Positions 54,155-64,000 of a stretch of DNA of 64,000 nucleotides are shown here, in pieces (positions within the stretch are counted from its first letter, which is position 1; every line of letters starts with the position of its first letter). Made by a program: the position numbers and the translations under genes. The stretch covers positions 2,784,001 through 2,848,000 of the forward strand of contig OZ244587.1 in assembly GCA_965218095.1 (NCBI GenBank). Direction: 5' to 3'. Origin of the DNA: Candidatus Poribacteria bacterium (GTDB lineage: Bacteria; Poribacteria; WGA-4E; PCPOR2b). A model generated the notes under the pieces. The model made no database searches. It was given only the letters and a program-made list of their open reading frames with translations, and was not told where the DNA came from.

Positions 54155-55204
54155 TTAGTCTTTATTCAAGCCCAACGAGTTAGCAAGCGCCTCCAGTCTT
54201 TGCCAGAGCGCATCGGTAATTGGAATGCCGTCTCGCTCTCGGACGGCTTGCGCCCGTGCCTCGAGATCGCCCGGGATTAGCACCTCCGCAAAACCAGGCG
54301 CCGGTGGAATTGACCGGATGCGATTTCCTAAATCCTTCATTCGCGTCGAGTAGTCTGTCAAAGACTGAAACAGATCCGCCTTCATGACCATCATGGTGAC
54401 GCCCGAATGGCGGAAAATATGCCCGCCTCGTTTTTCTTCTTCCGAAAAGGCATCCGCTCCGGATAAGATCCGTCCGAAGAACTCCACTGCCAGCATCAAA
54501 GCATAGCCTTTGTGCCCACCAAAAGGCAGAAGCGAGCCACCATCAAGAAAAGCATTTGGATTCGTGGAAGGATTGCCGTCTTTGTCAACGATGCTGCCAG
54601 GTGGAAGTTGTTCGTTTTTGTCTCTGGCAGTGAGGACTTTACTCCCGGCAACTACCGTCGTGGCGTAATCGATGACCATCGGCGGGCCATCACCGACAGG
54701 GAAACCCATGCCAATTGGGTTAGTGCTCAAAACCGGTTGGCGCCCACCGTAGGGAACGGCGACCGGCTTTTCTGCACCAAATCCTCCAGCCCAGATTATT
54801 GATAGCATTCCTCTGGATGCTGCGATTTCGGCGTATTCACCAAGGCGACCAATGTGGTTTACCTGAACAACACTTACGACTGCTAAATTGTGACTTTCAG
54901 CCTTCTCTATTGCGACGTCCATAGCATATTTCGCCGTCACATGTCCAAAAGTCCAGTTGCCTGCTATCAGTGCGCTAGTAGGGGCTTCTTGCAGGATTTC
55001 GGGCCAGGCCGTGGGTACGATTTCACCCGATTGAATCCTCTCGACATAGGTTGGCAAATGAAGGATGCCGTGCGTATCAACACCACGCAGGCTCGATGAA
55101 ACCAGGGCTTCTGCGACGCGGTTAGCATTACGCGCATCAGCTCCAGCGGCTACCAGAACATCGCGGATAAGCTCGTCAAGCTCAGTGGCTGTCTTTATGA
55201 CCAT
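54155..55204 (-). CDS. Ldh_2 family oxidoreductase (malate/L-lactate/sulfolactate dehydrogenase type)
   Basis: GVDTHG, HIGRLG, STNPI, FGGHKGY, IPGD.E. Confidence 0.92.
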   Translation of the reverse strand: MVIKTATELDELIRDVLVAAGADARNANRVAEALVSSSLRGVDTHGILHLPTYVERIQSGEIVPTAWPEILQEAPTSALIAGNWTFGHVTAKYAMDVAIEKAESHNLAVVSVVQVNHIGRLGEYAEIAASRGMLSIIWAGGFGAEKPVAVPYGGRQPVLSTNPIGMGFPVGDGPPMVIDYATTVVAGSKVLTARDKNEQLPPGSIVDKDGNPSTNPNAFLDGGSLLPFGGHKGYALMLAVEFFGRILSGADAFSEEEKRGGHIFRHSGVTMMVMKADLFQSLTDYSTRMKDLGNRIRSIPPAPGFAEVLIPGDLEARAQAVRERDGIPITDALWQRLEALANSLGLNKD

Positions 55205-55420
55205 TATAGTTCCTCCTCAGGTAAATACTGATTGCTAGCAGGATAAGAGTTCGTCTCCAACGTTGCATTATCATAACTATAGCATGTATTCGTGAAGCAA
55301 TCAATGGGAAATAAGATCCACGCATCCCTTCCAGCCTCTACCACTCGCCTTGCAAATGTGCTATATGAGAGAATACCGTGAAAATGATACGAAAGGATAA
55401 CCGATTTCGCGTCGAAGGGC

Positions 55421-55572
55421 AAGGCATTTGTCTCGATTGGCTGGCCGATACCCGTGCCAATTGCAAGAAACCGGCGAGTGCATAAAAGTCTCGTATGGTT
55501 CGTGTTGTGCCAAGATAATCGTATGCGAGGATAGGTCAGCCTGCAATTGACCTGAAGTCGGCCAAATGCCTT
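55421..55572. ncRNA. Candidate structured RNA or palindromic element
   Basis: Perfect 10-bp terminal complementarity plus nested 7-12 bp helices; no family recognised. Confidence 0.35.
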
Positions 55573-55991
55573 ATGATCCTGCTTTCCGTAATGTGCAATC
55601 TCCACGCTCCAGTCAATTTAAGTTGGAAAGCCTTTGCGTTAAAAGAGAAGGCAATCTGTAAAATAAATGATGAAGGGTACTGTAGAGCCCCGATGGATCG
55701 GGGCAGGCTCTGCTGCGAGTCTGTGACTCAGATCGATCCCCTTTTTTTCATTTGCCCCCAGTTATAGCTGTTGGGGTGTCTTGCTTACGGATTGCTCTTT
55801 ATCACTTATCAGAAGTCGGGCTATTGATGGGCAAAAGCGTTCAATACCAAGATAAAGACCGATTCGCTGATAACGGTGATAAAGCGCGTTGTATCTCAGG
55901 CGTGGGTTGGCTTCTGTCTTTCTCCCTTTTTCTCGCTACCGATTTGCAGCGGAGATATCGTGTCGGTCAGTTATTCTCAATGTTTCTCACC

Positions 55992-56160
55992 GATATAGCA
56001 CGTCAAACCCCGTCAACTCACGCTCCTTGAAAAACTGGGGGTAAATGAAGCGCGCTGTGCAACTTGACAGACCCACAACACGGCGACTACTACGGATACG
56101 GACGGTACGACTACAGTAAGTACGGTTATTACGGACGCTATCGGATAGCGACTCCGATTA
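55992..56160 (+). pseudogene. Remnant of a Wzc/CapB tyrosine kinase C-terminal Tyr cluster
   Basis: Frameshifted LLEKLGV ... GDYYGYGRYDYSKYGYYGRY. Confidence 0.5.
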
Positions 56161-56324
56161 TTACGATTCCGGTGATGAAGAGGATAGGGACAATAAGGCA
56201 AAAAGGTAGGCAGACAAGGAGACAGCGAAAGGAAAGAGGAGGGGAAGAATGGAGGGAGGGAAATGGGGTCAGAGGTTCAGGAGTTCATAGGTTCATTTAG
56301 GCATTACTCATCACGTTTCACGTG

Positions 56325-57176
56325 TTACGACTGATGTTTCCCTAAACCCGCCGGTGGAATCGCTTTACCGATCACGCCCACAAGCACAATCATCGTGAGT
56401 AAATAGGGAAGACTGTTCAGCAACTGAGACGGGATTTGCCAGCGATTGGCGAGTTCCAAAGCACTTGCAAATCCGAACAGCAGGCATGCAACGCCAGATC
56501 CAAATGGTTTCCACTTCCCAAAAATGACTGCCGCTAAGGCAACGTATCCACGTCCGGCAGTCATTCCTTTTGTGAAGTAATGCGCTTCAGAAGCTAAAAA
56601 ACACCCGCCAGCCGAAGCCAGAATTCCGCTTATCATGACCCCGATATACTGGTGCCTGGATCGACTCAGCCCGAGCGCATCTAATGCTTCTGTTGACTCA
56701 CCCGCTGCACATAAGCGAAGTCCCCACACCGTTTTGAAAAGCAAGATCTGACTCACAATCACGAGGCTGAATGTCAGATATACAATGAACGAATACGATC
56801 CAATTACGGGTAAATCCCAATGGCGCAATCCCTCCACCCGCTGAGAGGTAGCTTGGCGTCCAAGGAACTCCGTAATACCAATCGCCAGCAGGTTGATTGC
56901 CACCCCGCTGACGATCTGATTGGCGCGAAAAGCGATGGACGCAATTGCATGAAACAGCCCCAGTGTACTGCCAAAGCTGATGCCAATGATTAATCCGATC
57001 CATGGGGAAGCAAAGGTATATGTGCCAAACACATAACCATACGCCCCCATAAGCATTATACCTTCGAGCCCAATGTTGACCACGCCAGTCCGCTCCGAGT
57101 AGATACCGCCGAGCGCCGCCAAAGCCAATGGCGTTGACATACGAATTGTTGCTGGGATAAGTTCGAGGATTATCAT
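56325..57176 (-). CDS. ABC transporter permease (nucleoside/sugar, YufQ/NupQ-like)
   Basis: SERTGVVNIGLEGIML, MTAGRGYVALAAVIFGKW.P, LPY. Confidence 0.92.
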   Translation of the reverse strand: MIILELIPATIRMSTPLALAALGGIYSERTGVVNIGLEGIMLMGAYGYVFGTYTFASPWIGLIIGISFGSTLGLFHAIASIAFRANQIVSGVAINLLAIGITEFLGRQATSQRVEGLRHWDLPVIGSYSFIVYLTFSLVIVSQILLFKTVWGLRLCAAGESTEALDALGLSRSRHQYIGVMISGILASAGGCFLASEAHYFTKGMTAGRGYVALAAVIFGKWKPFGSGVACLLFGFASALELANRWQIPSQLLNSLPYLLTMIVLVGVIGKAIPPAGLGKHQS

Positions 57177-58273
57177 GCCGTTCTTTTACTGAAACCTTCC
57201 GCGCAGATGAGAAGTAAAATGAGGACGCCCTGCATAATCACGAATAGCTCCCTCGGTACATCCATTAAAATTTCAATATCCAACGCCCCCTTGTTCAACG
57301 CGCCAAACAAGATTGAGGCAAAAAGAACACCGGTAGGGTGGTTTCTGCCAAGTAACGCGACAGCAATCCCCGTAAATCCGAAGCCGGGCGAGAAGTTGTC
57401 GAGAAAACGATGACGATAGCCCATCACATCCCATATTCCCGCAAAACCAGCGATTGCGCCACTCAAAGCCATCGTCCAGACAGTCACACGGCGGACATTA
57501 ATTCCCGCATAAGTCGCCACTTCTGCTGCATTGCCAACCAGCCGAATCTCATATCCCCATCTGGTGCGCGTCAGTAAAAAGTGAGTCAATCCAATCAGTC
57601 CGAAGGCAAGCAGCAGGGTAACATTCAAAGGATTACTTGACGGAAGCATCGGCAAGAAAGCGGCGATTCGCGGCAAACGCGCGGCTTCATGAATTGGAGA
57701 GGTTTGCGGAATCATCTGATTCGGCTCTTTATAGACCTGGGTGACAAGGTAATTTGTCAATGCGATTGCGATAAAATTCATCATAATTGTGTTGATAACT
57801 TCATGTACACCGTATCGCGCTTTCAGCATGCCCGGTATAGCTGCCCACAGCGCCCCCGCAAGCATCGCAGAAACGAAACAAGCAGGTATAATTAACCAAG
57901 CGGTTGTCCAATCGATATGGAAACCCACCCATGCTGCGGCAAACCCCGCGACATAGAGCTGTCCCTCACAGCCGATATTGAAAAGTCCGCACTTAAACCC
58001 GATCATGACCGCGAGTCCAGTAAAAATCAAGGGCGTCGCATTAAATAGAACGTAGCCGAAATCATTGAGACTGCCAAATGCACTCCACCAAAAGGTGCGG
58101 TACACTTCAAATGGACGCTCGCCCACGAACCAGATTAAGACACCGCCGAGAAGGAATACAGCGCAAAGCGCAAGCAGATTTGGCAAGAGGTGACGTGAGC
58201 CATGAAATGTAATGCGTGATGCGTAAAAAGCGTAATGCGTGATGCGTAGCGCGTAATTTCCAAACTTCCTCAT
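57173..58273 (-). CDS. ABC transporter permease (YufP/NupP-like)
   Basis: ATPLIFTGL, GLFNIG.EGQ, HEVINTIMMN, GFTGIAVALLG. Confidence 0.92.
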   Translation of the reverse strand: MRKFGNYALRITHYAFYASRITFHGSRHLLPNLLALCAVFLLGGVLIWFVGERPFEVYRTFWWSAFGSLNDFGYVLFNATPLIFTGLAVMIGFKCGLFNIGCEGQLYVAGFAAAWVGFHIDWTTAWLIIPACFVSAMLAGALWAAIPGMLKARYGVHEVINTIMMNFIAIALTNYLVTQVYKEPNQMIPQTSPIHEAARLPRIAAFLPMLPSSNPLNVTLLLAFGLIGLTHFLLTRTRWGYEIRLVGNAAEVATYAGINVRRVTVWTMALSGAIAGFAGIWDVMGYRHRFLDNFSPGFGFTGIAVALLGRNHPTGVLFASILFGALNKGALDIEILMDVPRELFVIMQGVLILLLICAEGFSKRTA

Positions 58274-58419
58274 TTCTGCCTTCCTGCTTCCTCATTTTCC
58301 ATAGCCCTATCGTCTCATAGTCGAACAGATATGTCAATAGAATTCTGAATACTAAAGTGTTTGCAAAAAAATCCCAAATCTGACATAATAATTTCACAAA
58401 TCTCAAGCTGAACTGGAGT

Positions 58420-58452
58420 ATCCTTGAAAAGGTTTCAAACCCTTTCAAGGTT
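58420..58452. repeat. 33-bp AACCTT-family palindrome
   Basis: atccttgaaaaggtttcaaaccctttcaaggtt. Confidence 0.75.
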
Positions 58453-58481
58453 GGATTATTTCATGAAAAGGAGAATCAACC

Positions 58482-59255
58482 ATGAATATTAGAACGAATA
58501 AAATGAAGGGTAAACTCAAGGCCGGCGAGTTGGTGTTTAGCGCAAATGTACGCCTTCCCGAACCAGGTCTTGTCGAAGTGCTGGGCTATGCTGGCGTAGA
58601 TTATGTCCTGATTGACGCTGAACACGGCTCCATCGGTTGGACAGAAATGGAGCGGATGATCCTCGCCGCCTATGCTGCGGACACAACGCCGATTGTTCGT
58701 GTCTATGAGAACAACGAAGCGATGATTATGCGTGTGCTCGACATCGGTGCAATGGGGGTGCTTGTCCCGCACATCCGCAGCGCCGATGATGCCCAGCAGG
58801 TAGTCAACGGTGCGCTCTATCCGCCGCAGGGCAAGCGCGGCGTCGGTCCAAGTCGAGGAATTAAGTTTGGCGCCGTATCAGCGTCAGATTATTATGCAAA
58901 CATCAACAACGAGGTTTCCGTCTCATTGATGATCGAGGATGCCGAAGCGATTGACAATATCAATGAAATCGTGGAAGTCGAAGGTATTGATGTCCTGAAT
59001 GTGGGGACGAGCGATCTTGCGGCTTCGCTGGGGGTGCCAGGACAGCCATTGCATCCAAAAGTTGCCGAGGCGTCTGAGAAGGTGCTTGCTGCCGCAGCGC
59101 GAAAGGGCATCGCTGTCGGATATCCGACACGCAGCATCGAAGATGGCTGCCAAGCGATAAAACGAGGATTCTGCGTGTTGTCTTGTGGTAACGCGGCGCC
59201 GCTACTGTACCAGGCCGTCCGAGAAAATTTGGAGGTATTGCGAAGTGCAAAATAA
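58482..59255 (+). CDS. HpcH/HpaI aldolase family protein
   Basis: IDAEHG, LDIGAMG, YPP.G.RG, MIED, G.SDL. Confidence 0.92.
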   Translation: MNIRTNKMKGKLKAGELVFSANVRLPEPGLVEVLGYAGVDYVLIDAEHGSIGWTEMERMILAAYAADTTPIVRVYENNEAMIMRVLDIGAMGVLVPHIRSADDAQQVVNGALYPPQGKRGVGPSRGIKFGAVSASDYYANINNEVSVSLMIEDAEAIDNINEIVEVEGIDVLNVGTSDLAASLGVPGQPLHPKVAEASEKVLAAAARKGIAVGYPTRSIEDGCQAIKRGFCVLSCGNAAPLLYQAVRENLEVLRSAK

Positions 59256-59472
59256 CTTAACTTCGACTTTCGGAACGAGCCTGAGCTCAGGATATACGGG
59301 AGATCTCAACACTCCCGATTCCGATATTCGGGAGACTCCTACTTGTTATTAAAGTTTGGGCAATTCTTGATAAAACGGAATCTTGTTGGGACGGGATTAT
59401 GCCGCCGAATCTAAAGTGTCTAAAATGTTCTAGAGTTGAAAAACAAGATGCACTTTCTCCCTATCTTCTCTG

Positions 59473-59548
59473 GTCTGAATCACCGATTTTTATCGGAAGG
59501 TTCAATCGGTTCTGAATCTGCGTCGTGTGTTTAATCCGTGATTCAGAC
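59473..59548. repeat. Palindromic element GTCTGAATCAC...GTGATTCAGAC
   Basis: 11-bp perfect terminal IR. Confidence 0.65.
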
Positions 59549-59600
59549 AACAATTATGTCCCTCCCTCATTTATTTTCGGGGATCAATCCCCTTTGTGGG

Positions 59601-59629
59601 TTGACTCACTTTAGATCCTTTAGTATACT
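59601..59629 (+). promoter_or_regulatory. Sigma70-type promoter upstream of glnE
   Basis: TTGACT-N17-TATACT. Confidence 0.55.
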
Positions 59630-59715
59630 TTAGTACACTTGTCCAAACTTTAGTAGTGTTTACGGGCATTGACGAAAACTTGTATCACTAACCCTACAGT
59701 GTCATTCTGAATACC

Positions 59716-62700
59716 ATGACATCAAATCTCAATCCAAAGGATCTGATTCTTGCGCCTGAACTCACGACGGATGCGGTTGATCAGATTCTCAAACCGTACG
59801 GTTTTCAAGATCTCCGTCGGGTGGCGCGGAACCTGCAAAATCTTGCAGGCATATCGCCATATCGAGAGGCGTTTGCCGAAATTGTGGGTCATCTCTTGAG
59901 CGCAGCGGCGGACTCGCCGGATGCAGAGGGGACTTTGAACAATTTCGAGCGTTTTGTCGCTACGACGTTTGATCGCATCTGGCTGTATCGTCTGCTGCAT
60001 GATGCGCCTTTCCTCTTGCGAATATTATCAACCTGTTTCGGATCGAGTACCTATCTTTCAGATATTCTGGTGCGCAGCCCGGAGTACTTTTACGAACTCA
60101 TTGATGCTAGTGTGATGAGTACCCCGAAGGATCGCGCGGCGATGTATCGTGAGCTATCTCACTCGGTTCAATTATTTCGTACGGTTGAGCAAAAATTGAA
60201 CGCCCTCCGTCGCTATAAGCGGAAGGAGAGTTTGCGAATCGGTTTGCGCGATCTGCTGGGCGACGCCGGCGTAGAAACAACTACGCGGGAATTAACAAAT
60301 CTCGCTGAGGTTACATTGCAGGTCTGTTATGGAATCGGCATGGCTGAACTCACGGCAAAATTGGGAACGCCGTTAGCAGAACTCCCGAACGGCGACAAGG
60401 TTCCAGGTACGTTCGCTATGATAGGGATGGGCAAATTCGGAGGGTATGAGTTAAATTTTAGCTCGGATATCGATGTGATGTTTGTTTACTCACACGAGGG
60501 GAAAACCAATCAAGGGATCGAGAACAACCAGTATTTCGCCAAACTCTGCGAGTTCATTATCAAAGGGATGAGCGAAGTCACCAAAGCGGGTTATGTTTTC
60601 CGCGTCGATGTTCGTCTCCGCCCGGAAAGCAGCGTGGGAGTCATTGTCCGTTCCATTGATAGCTACGAAGCTTACTATGAAGGTTGGGGCGAGATCTGGG
60701 AGCGACAGGCGTTGATTAAAGCCCGCCCTGTCGCCGGTGATCCGGAATTAGGCGAGCAGTTTATTCGCACTATACAGCCATTCGTCTATCAGCGATACTT
60801 GGACGAATTTTCAATTGCTGAGATCAAGTTGAACATTCGCCAGACGAAGGCACGAATTGAGCGCAGTCTGCGAGAACAGGGAGACGATGTGGGGGCGCAT
60901 GTCAAACTCGGTATCGGCGGTATTCGTGATGTTGAATTTACCATACAATGTCTCCAATTGATTCACGGTGGTCCCATCCCAGCGCTGCGTAATCGCAATT
61001 CGTTGGAAACCATAGAGTTGCTCTGCCAGCATGGAGCGCTGAATCAGACGGATCGGGATGCCCTCGCGGAAGCCTACCGTTTCCTGCGGATGGTTGAACA
61101 CCGAATCCAGATGGAAGCCGATTTGCAACGCTATTCCCTCCCTTCAAAGGAGTTGGCGTTGATTAAACTCGCCAAACGGACCGGTTATCAGGATACAGCA
61201 TCGGCATCCGCTCTCGAGGTGTTTCAGGCGGATTACACGCGACATACATGTGCAGTTCGCTTAATCTTTGAAAAGATCCTTACCACATCCCAATCGGAGA
61301 TCAGGAGTGAGGTTGATATGGCATTACTGCTCACAACAACAGAGCCGGGGGTGATACGCGACGTTCTGAAGCCCTTCGGATTTGCTGATGTGCGTGAAGC
61401 ACACCGACGGTTGAAGCTGATGGCAGAAGGTCCCGATGGTGCGCGTTTTTCCCCGCATGTCCGTCGGCTCTTTGTCGACCTTGCACCAACCCTACTGCGT
61501 TTCTCAGGTGAATCTCCGGACCCGGACATGGCGCTTCGCTACATTGAGGATTTTGCAAGCAAAGTGGGAGCGCGTAGTTCGTACTACACGATGTTTCGTG
61601 AGAAACCATCAATCCTTGAGTTACTGACGAAGCTGTGTGGAACGAGTCGTTTCTTAGCTGAGTTGCTGATTGCGCACCCGGAGTCCTTTGATGTGTTGAC
61701 AGCCCCGGCGGTGATGGACAGACCCAAAACCTTACCCGAGAAATACATGGAAGCACTTCAAGCAACTCTTGATGGCACTGCTGATCAAGTTTTTCAGGCG
61801 TTACGGCAATACAAAAATGGCGAAGTCCTGCGAATCGGCATGCGAAATATCCTGAAGCAAGTTGAACGGAGTGAAATCCCGAAAATCGGGGCAGATCTGT
61901 GGACAACGACGACTGAACTCTCCGAACTTGCAGAGGCGACACTGCGGTCAATGTATTCCCACATCAATGCAGAGTTACAAACCGAACATGGGATTCCGCT
62001 AGACAAGCGTGGAAATGAAGCGAGGTTTGCTGTGATTGGCATGGGAAAATTTGGCGGGCGTGAACTCAATTTCAGCGCGGATCTCGATCTGATGTATGTC
62101 TATTCTGCTGAAGGTGAAACGACCAAAGGAATGTCTAACGCGGACTACTTCAGCAAACTTGGCTTAGAATTGGTCAATCGGATGCAGGGAAATACCGGAG
62201 GTGGAGGAATCTATGAGATCGATCTGCGCCTTCGTCCATTCGGCACCGGCGGAGCGATTGCGCTGTCACTGGCGGGCTACCAGAACTACTATGAAAAGCA
62301 CGCTGAGATATGGGAACGTCAGGCGTCCATCCGCGCAAGTCCTGTTGCAGGAGATGCCGATCTTGGTAAGAGATTTGTTAAGCAAGCGAACACCTTTGCC
62401 TATAGTCAACCGCTGACCCCCGATCAGGTCGCTCAGATCGTGCATAACCGGCAGCGCAAAGAAGCACAGGCAATTCTTGCGACTTCCTCCACCCGTCGCC
62501 GAAAGCGAAGAAAGCGAAGGCTAGATGTGAAATCTGGATACGGTGGACTCGTCGATATTGAATTTGCGGTCCAGACGCTCCAGTTGATCTACGGCACAGA
62601 ACACCGGCGGGTGCGCGTACAGAATACCGTCGAGGCGATTACGCGATTGCATGAAGTAGAGGCATTGACGAAAGATCAGCGGCAGCAGCTTATGGAAGCG

Positions 62701-62916
62701 TATGAATTTCTGAGGCGTGTGGAAAACAGCCTGCGAATCGTTCATGACCGTCTGCTGCACGCCCTGCCGGATAAAGCAGCAGATCTGGAACAACTCGCTA
62801 GGCGGCTTGGCTATACGGATGAGAACAGACAGGCATCAGATCAATTTTTGAAGGACTATCAAGCGTACACGGAAAACACACGGGCGTTGTTTAATCAGTT
62901 GTTGAACACGAAGTAA
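59716..62916 (+). CDS. glnE: Bifunctional glutamine synthetase adenylyltransferase/deadenylylase
   Basis: Two GMGKFGG.ELNFS.D.D nucleotidyltransferase domains, D.RLRP, WERQA, GG..D.EF. Confidence 0.95.
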   Translation: MTSNLNPKDLILAPELTTDAVDQILKPYGFQDLRRVARNLQNLAGISPYREAFAEIVGHLLSAAADSPDAEGTLNNFERFVATTFDRIWLYRLLHDAPFLLRILSTCFGSSTYLSDILVRSPEYFYELIDASVMSTPKDRAAMYRELSHSVQLFRTVEQKLNALRRYKRKESLRIGLRDLLGDAGVETTTRELTNLAEVTLQVCYGIGMAELTAKLGTPLAELPNGDKVPGTFAMIGMGKFGGYELNFSSDIDVMFVYSHEGKTNQGIENNQYFAKLCEFIIKGMSEVTKAGYVFRVDVRLRPESSVGVIVRSIDSYEAYYEGWGEIWERQALIKARPVAGDPELGEQFIRTIQPFVYQRYLDEFSIAEIKLNIRQTKARIERSLREQGDDVGAHVKLGIGGIRDVEFTIQCLQLIHGGPIPALRNRNSLETIELLCQHGALNQTDRDALAEAYRFLRMVEHRIQMEADLQRYSLPSKELALIKLAKRTGYQDTASASALEVFQADYTRHTCAVRLIFEKILTTSQSEIRSEVDMALLLTTTEPGVIRDVLKPFGFADVREAHRRLKLMAEGPDGARFSPHVRRLFVDLAPTLLRFSGESPDPDMALRYIEDFASKVGARSSYYTMFREKPSILELLTKLCGTSRFLAELLIAHPESFDVLTAPAVMDRPKTLPEKYMEALQATLDGTADQVFQALRQYKNGEVLRIGMRNILKQVERSEIPKIGADLWTTTTELSELAEATLRSMYSHINAELQTEHGIPLDKRGNEARFAVIGMGKFGGRELNFSADLDLMYVYSAEGETTKGMSNADYFSKLGLELVNRMQGNTGGGGIYEIDLRLRPFGTGGAIALSLAGYQNYYEKHAEIWERQASIRASPVAGDADLGKRFVKQANTFAYSQPLTPDQVAQIVHNRQRKEAQAILATSSTRRRKRRKRRLDVKSGYGGLVDIEFAVQTLQLIYGTEHRRVRVQNTVEAITRLHEVEALTKDQRQQLMEAYEFLRRVENSLRIVHDRLLHALPDKAADLEQLARRLGYTDENRQASDQFLKDYQAYTENTRALFNQLLNTK

Positions 62917-62945
62917 CGTATTGTTTCAAAATGTTCTTTAACCTA

Positions 62946-63365
62946 TCAAAGGCATTTGCGAAAAAACACCTCACCAATACCGTCATTAATTCCAGCGATG
63001 AACCCGCATTCTTCAAAACCCACATGCCGATGCCACGCTTGAGGGTCTGGTTCGTCAGCTTGCGATGAACTGTAGAGCGTGTCGTGACCTGTGTTGCGGA
63101 GAAACATCTTGATGAACCGAAGCAATGCTTTACCGACCCCTCGCCGACGATATTCGGGTAAAACTCGGATAAGGGCGATATACGGAACGATTGACCATAA
63201 ATACTCAAGGCGCACATACCCCACCCGTTTGCTATTCCATTCCGCAACCACAACCTCTTGTGACTCAATCTTCCGCTCCACAACTTCAACAGGAATGTAT
63301 CCATCTTGATGTACAAACTCCAGGTCGTTAAGTCTTGCAAAGCGCGTGGCTATCTCACCGGACAT
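62946..63365 (-). CDS. GNAT N-acetyltransferase
   Basis: VLPEYRRRGVGKALL, GF. Confidence 0.85.
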   Translation of the reverse strand: MSGEIATRFARLNDLEFVHQDGYIPVEVVERKIESQEVVVAEWNSKRVGYVRLEYLWSIVPYIALIRVLPEYRRRGVGKALLRFIKMFLRNTGHDTLYSSSQADEPDPQAWHRHVGFEECGFIAGINDGIGEVFFRKCL

Positions 63366-63578
63366 TCATATCACTCCTCGTCAATTTGTTTGCAATTTCA
63401 GAAACCAAGTTCTTCAGAAAAACCCGGTTTCTGACTGGCGTGAATACGAGCTTGGAAGTTATACCACAAGGCAGGGGGATTGTCAATTTCGACAACTCAG
63501 AAATGGATTGACTGCACAGGCGGGATAGTGTTACAATGCGAGTGCAATTGATAACCGATAAGGATCGAAGAACATGCC

Positions 63579-64000
63579 ATGACAACAGAAACAACGCGAT
63601 TAAGAACTGGCGAACAACTCGTCATCAAAACCCTGCTCCCGCCGCTCCTTGACTACGCCAGCAAAGTCGGCTGTTGGCGTGATATCCGGGAGGAACTGCT
63701 CGGCGGACAGTTGGCGGAATGGCTTTTTACGCCCTACTTTGTGGGCGAAATTGACGGCGAAGTTGTCGGCAGTTTGAGCTATTACACTCCAACGGATACG
63801 CGGGATGTCGGGGTCGTAGAATTTGTGCAGACTGCCGAAGAGCATAGACAAAAAGGCATTGCATCGGCGCTGATGGAACGGCTCATCGAACGATTCCGAG
63901 CCGACGAGGGGCTGGCGCTCTATCTTTGCACCACCAATCCCATTGCCGGCAGTTTGTACGAGAAACACGGCTTCTGGTATCACGTGGGGGATGGGATGCG
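63579..64000 (+). CDS. GNAT N-acetyltransferase (partial, runs off the window)
   Basis: Open frame MTTETTRL...VQTAEEHRQKGIASALM...LYEKHGF; absent from the ORF track because there is no stop in the window. Confidence 0.85.
   Translation, partial: MTTETTRLRTGEQLVIKTLLPPLLDYASKVGCWRDIREELLGGQLAEWLFTPYFVGEIDGEVVGSLSYYTPTDTRDVGVVEFVQTAEEHRQKGIASALMERLIERFRADEGLALYLCTTNPIAGSLYEKHGFWYHVGDGM

Noticed and set aside
55421-55572. Retron msr-msd
   Set aside because: The terminal IR fits, but there is no reverse transcriptase in the window
55680-55748. SAH or other riboswitch (CAGGCTC, hairpin plus U-run)
   Set aside because: Lacks the GAGGAGCG core; explained by a GTAG/CCCCGAT..ATCGGGG REP hairpin

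Overview
Bacterial chromosomal window, inferred to be Candidatus Poribacteria or a similar sponge-associated lineage from its YWTD/LDL-receptor repeats, DUF6807/PmoA-like protein and many enolase-superfamily, SDR and TIM-barrel genes. Core genes: a wcaJ-like sugar transferase, hpt, tilS with a tRNA-Leu/fMet/CAT cluster, comM, glnE and ABC permeases. There are two nested IS-in-IS structures with readable TIRs and TSDs, many gene remnants suggesting ongoing erosion, and several families of dispersed palindromes, one apparently inserted in frame in glnE. A type III R-M locus (HNH-mod-[2 cargo genes]-res) carries a cargo gene resembling a His-less phage prohead protease next to a membrane-anchored ORF; this is the best candidate for a new system. 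A sigma54-type promoter with paired enhancer palindromes links a divergent two-component system to a prkA-yeaH-spoVR operon. A candidate ~150-nt structured RNA lies at 55.4 kb. All family calls come from motif recognition by eye; no searches were run.
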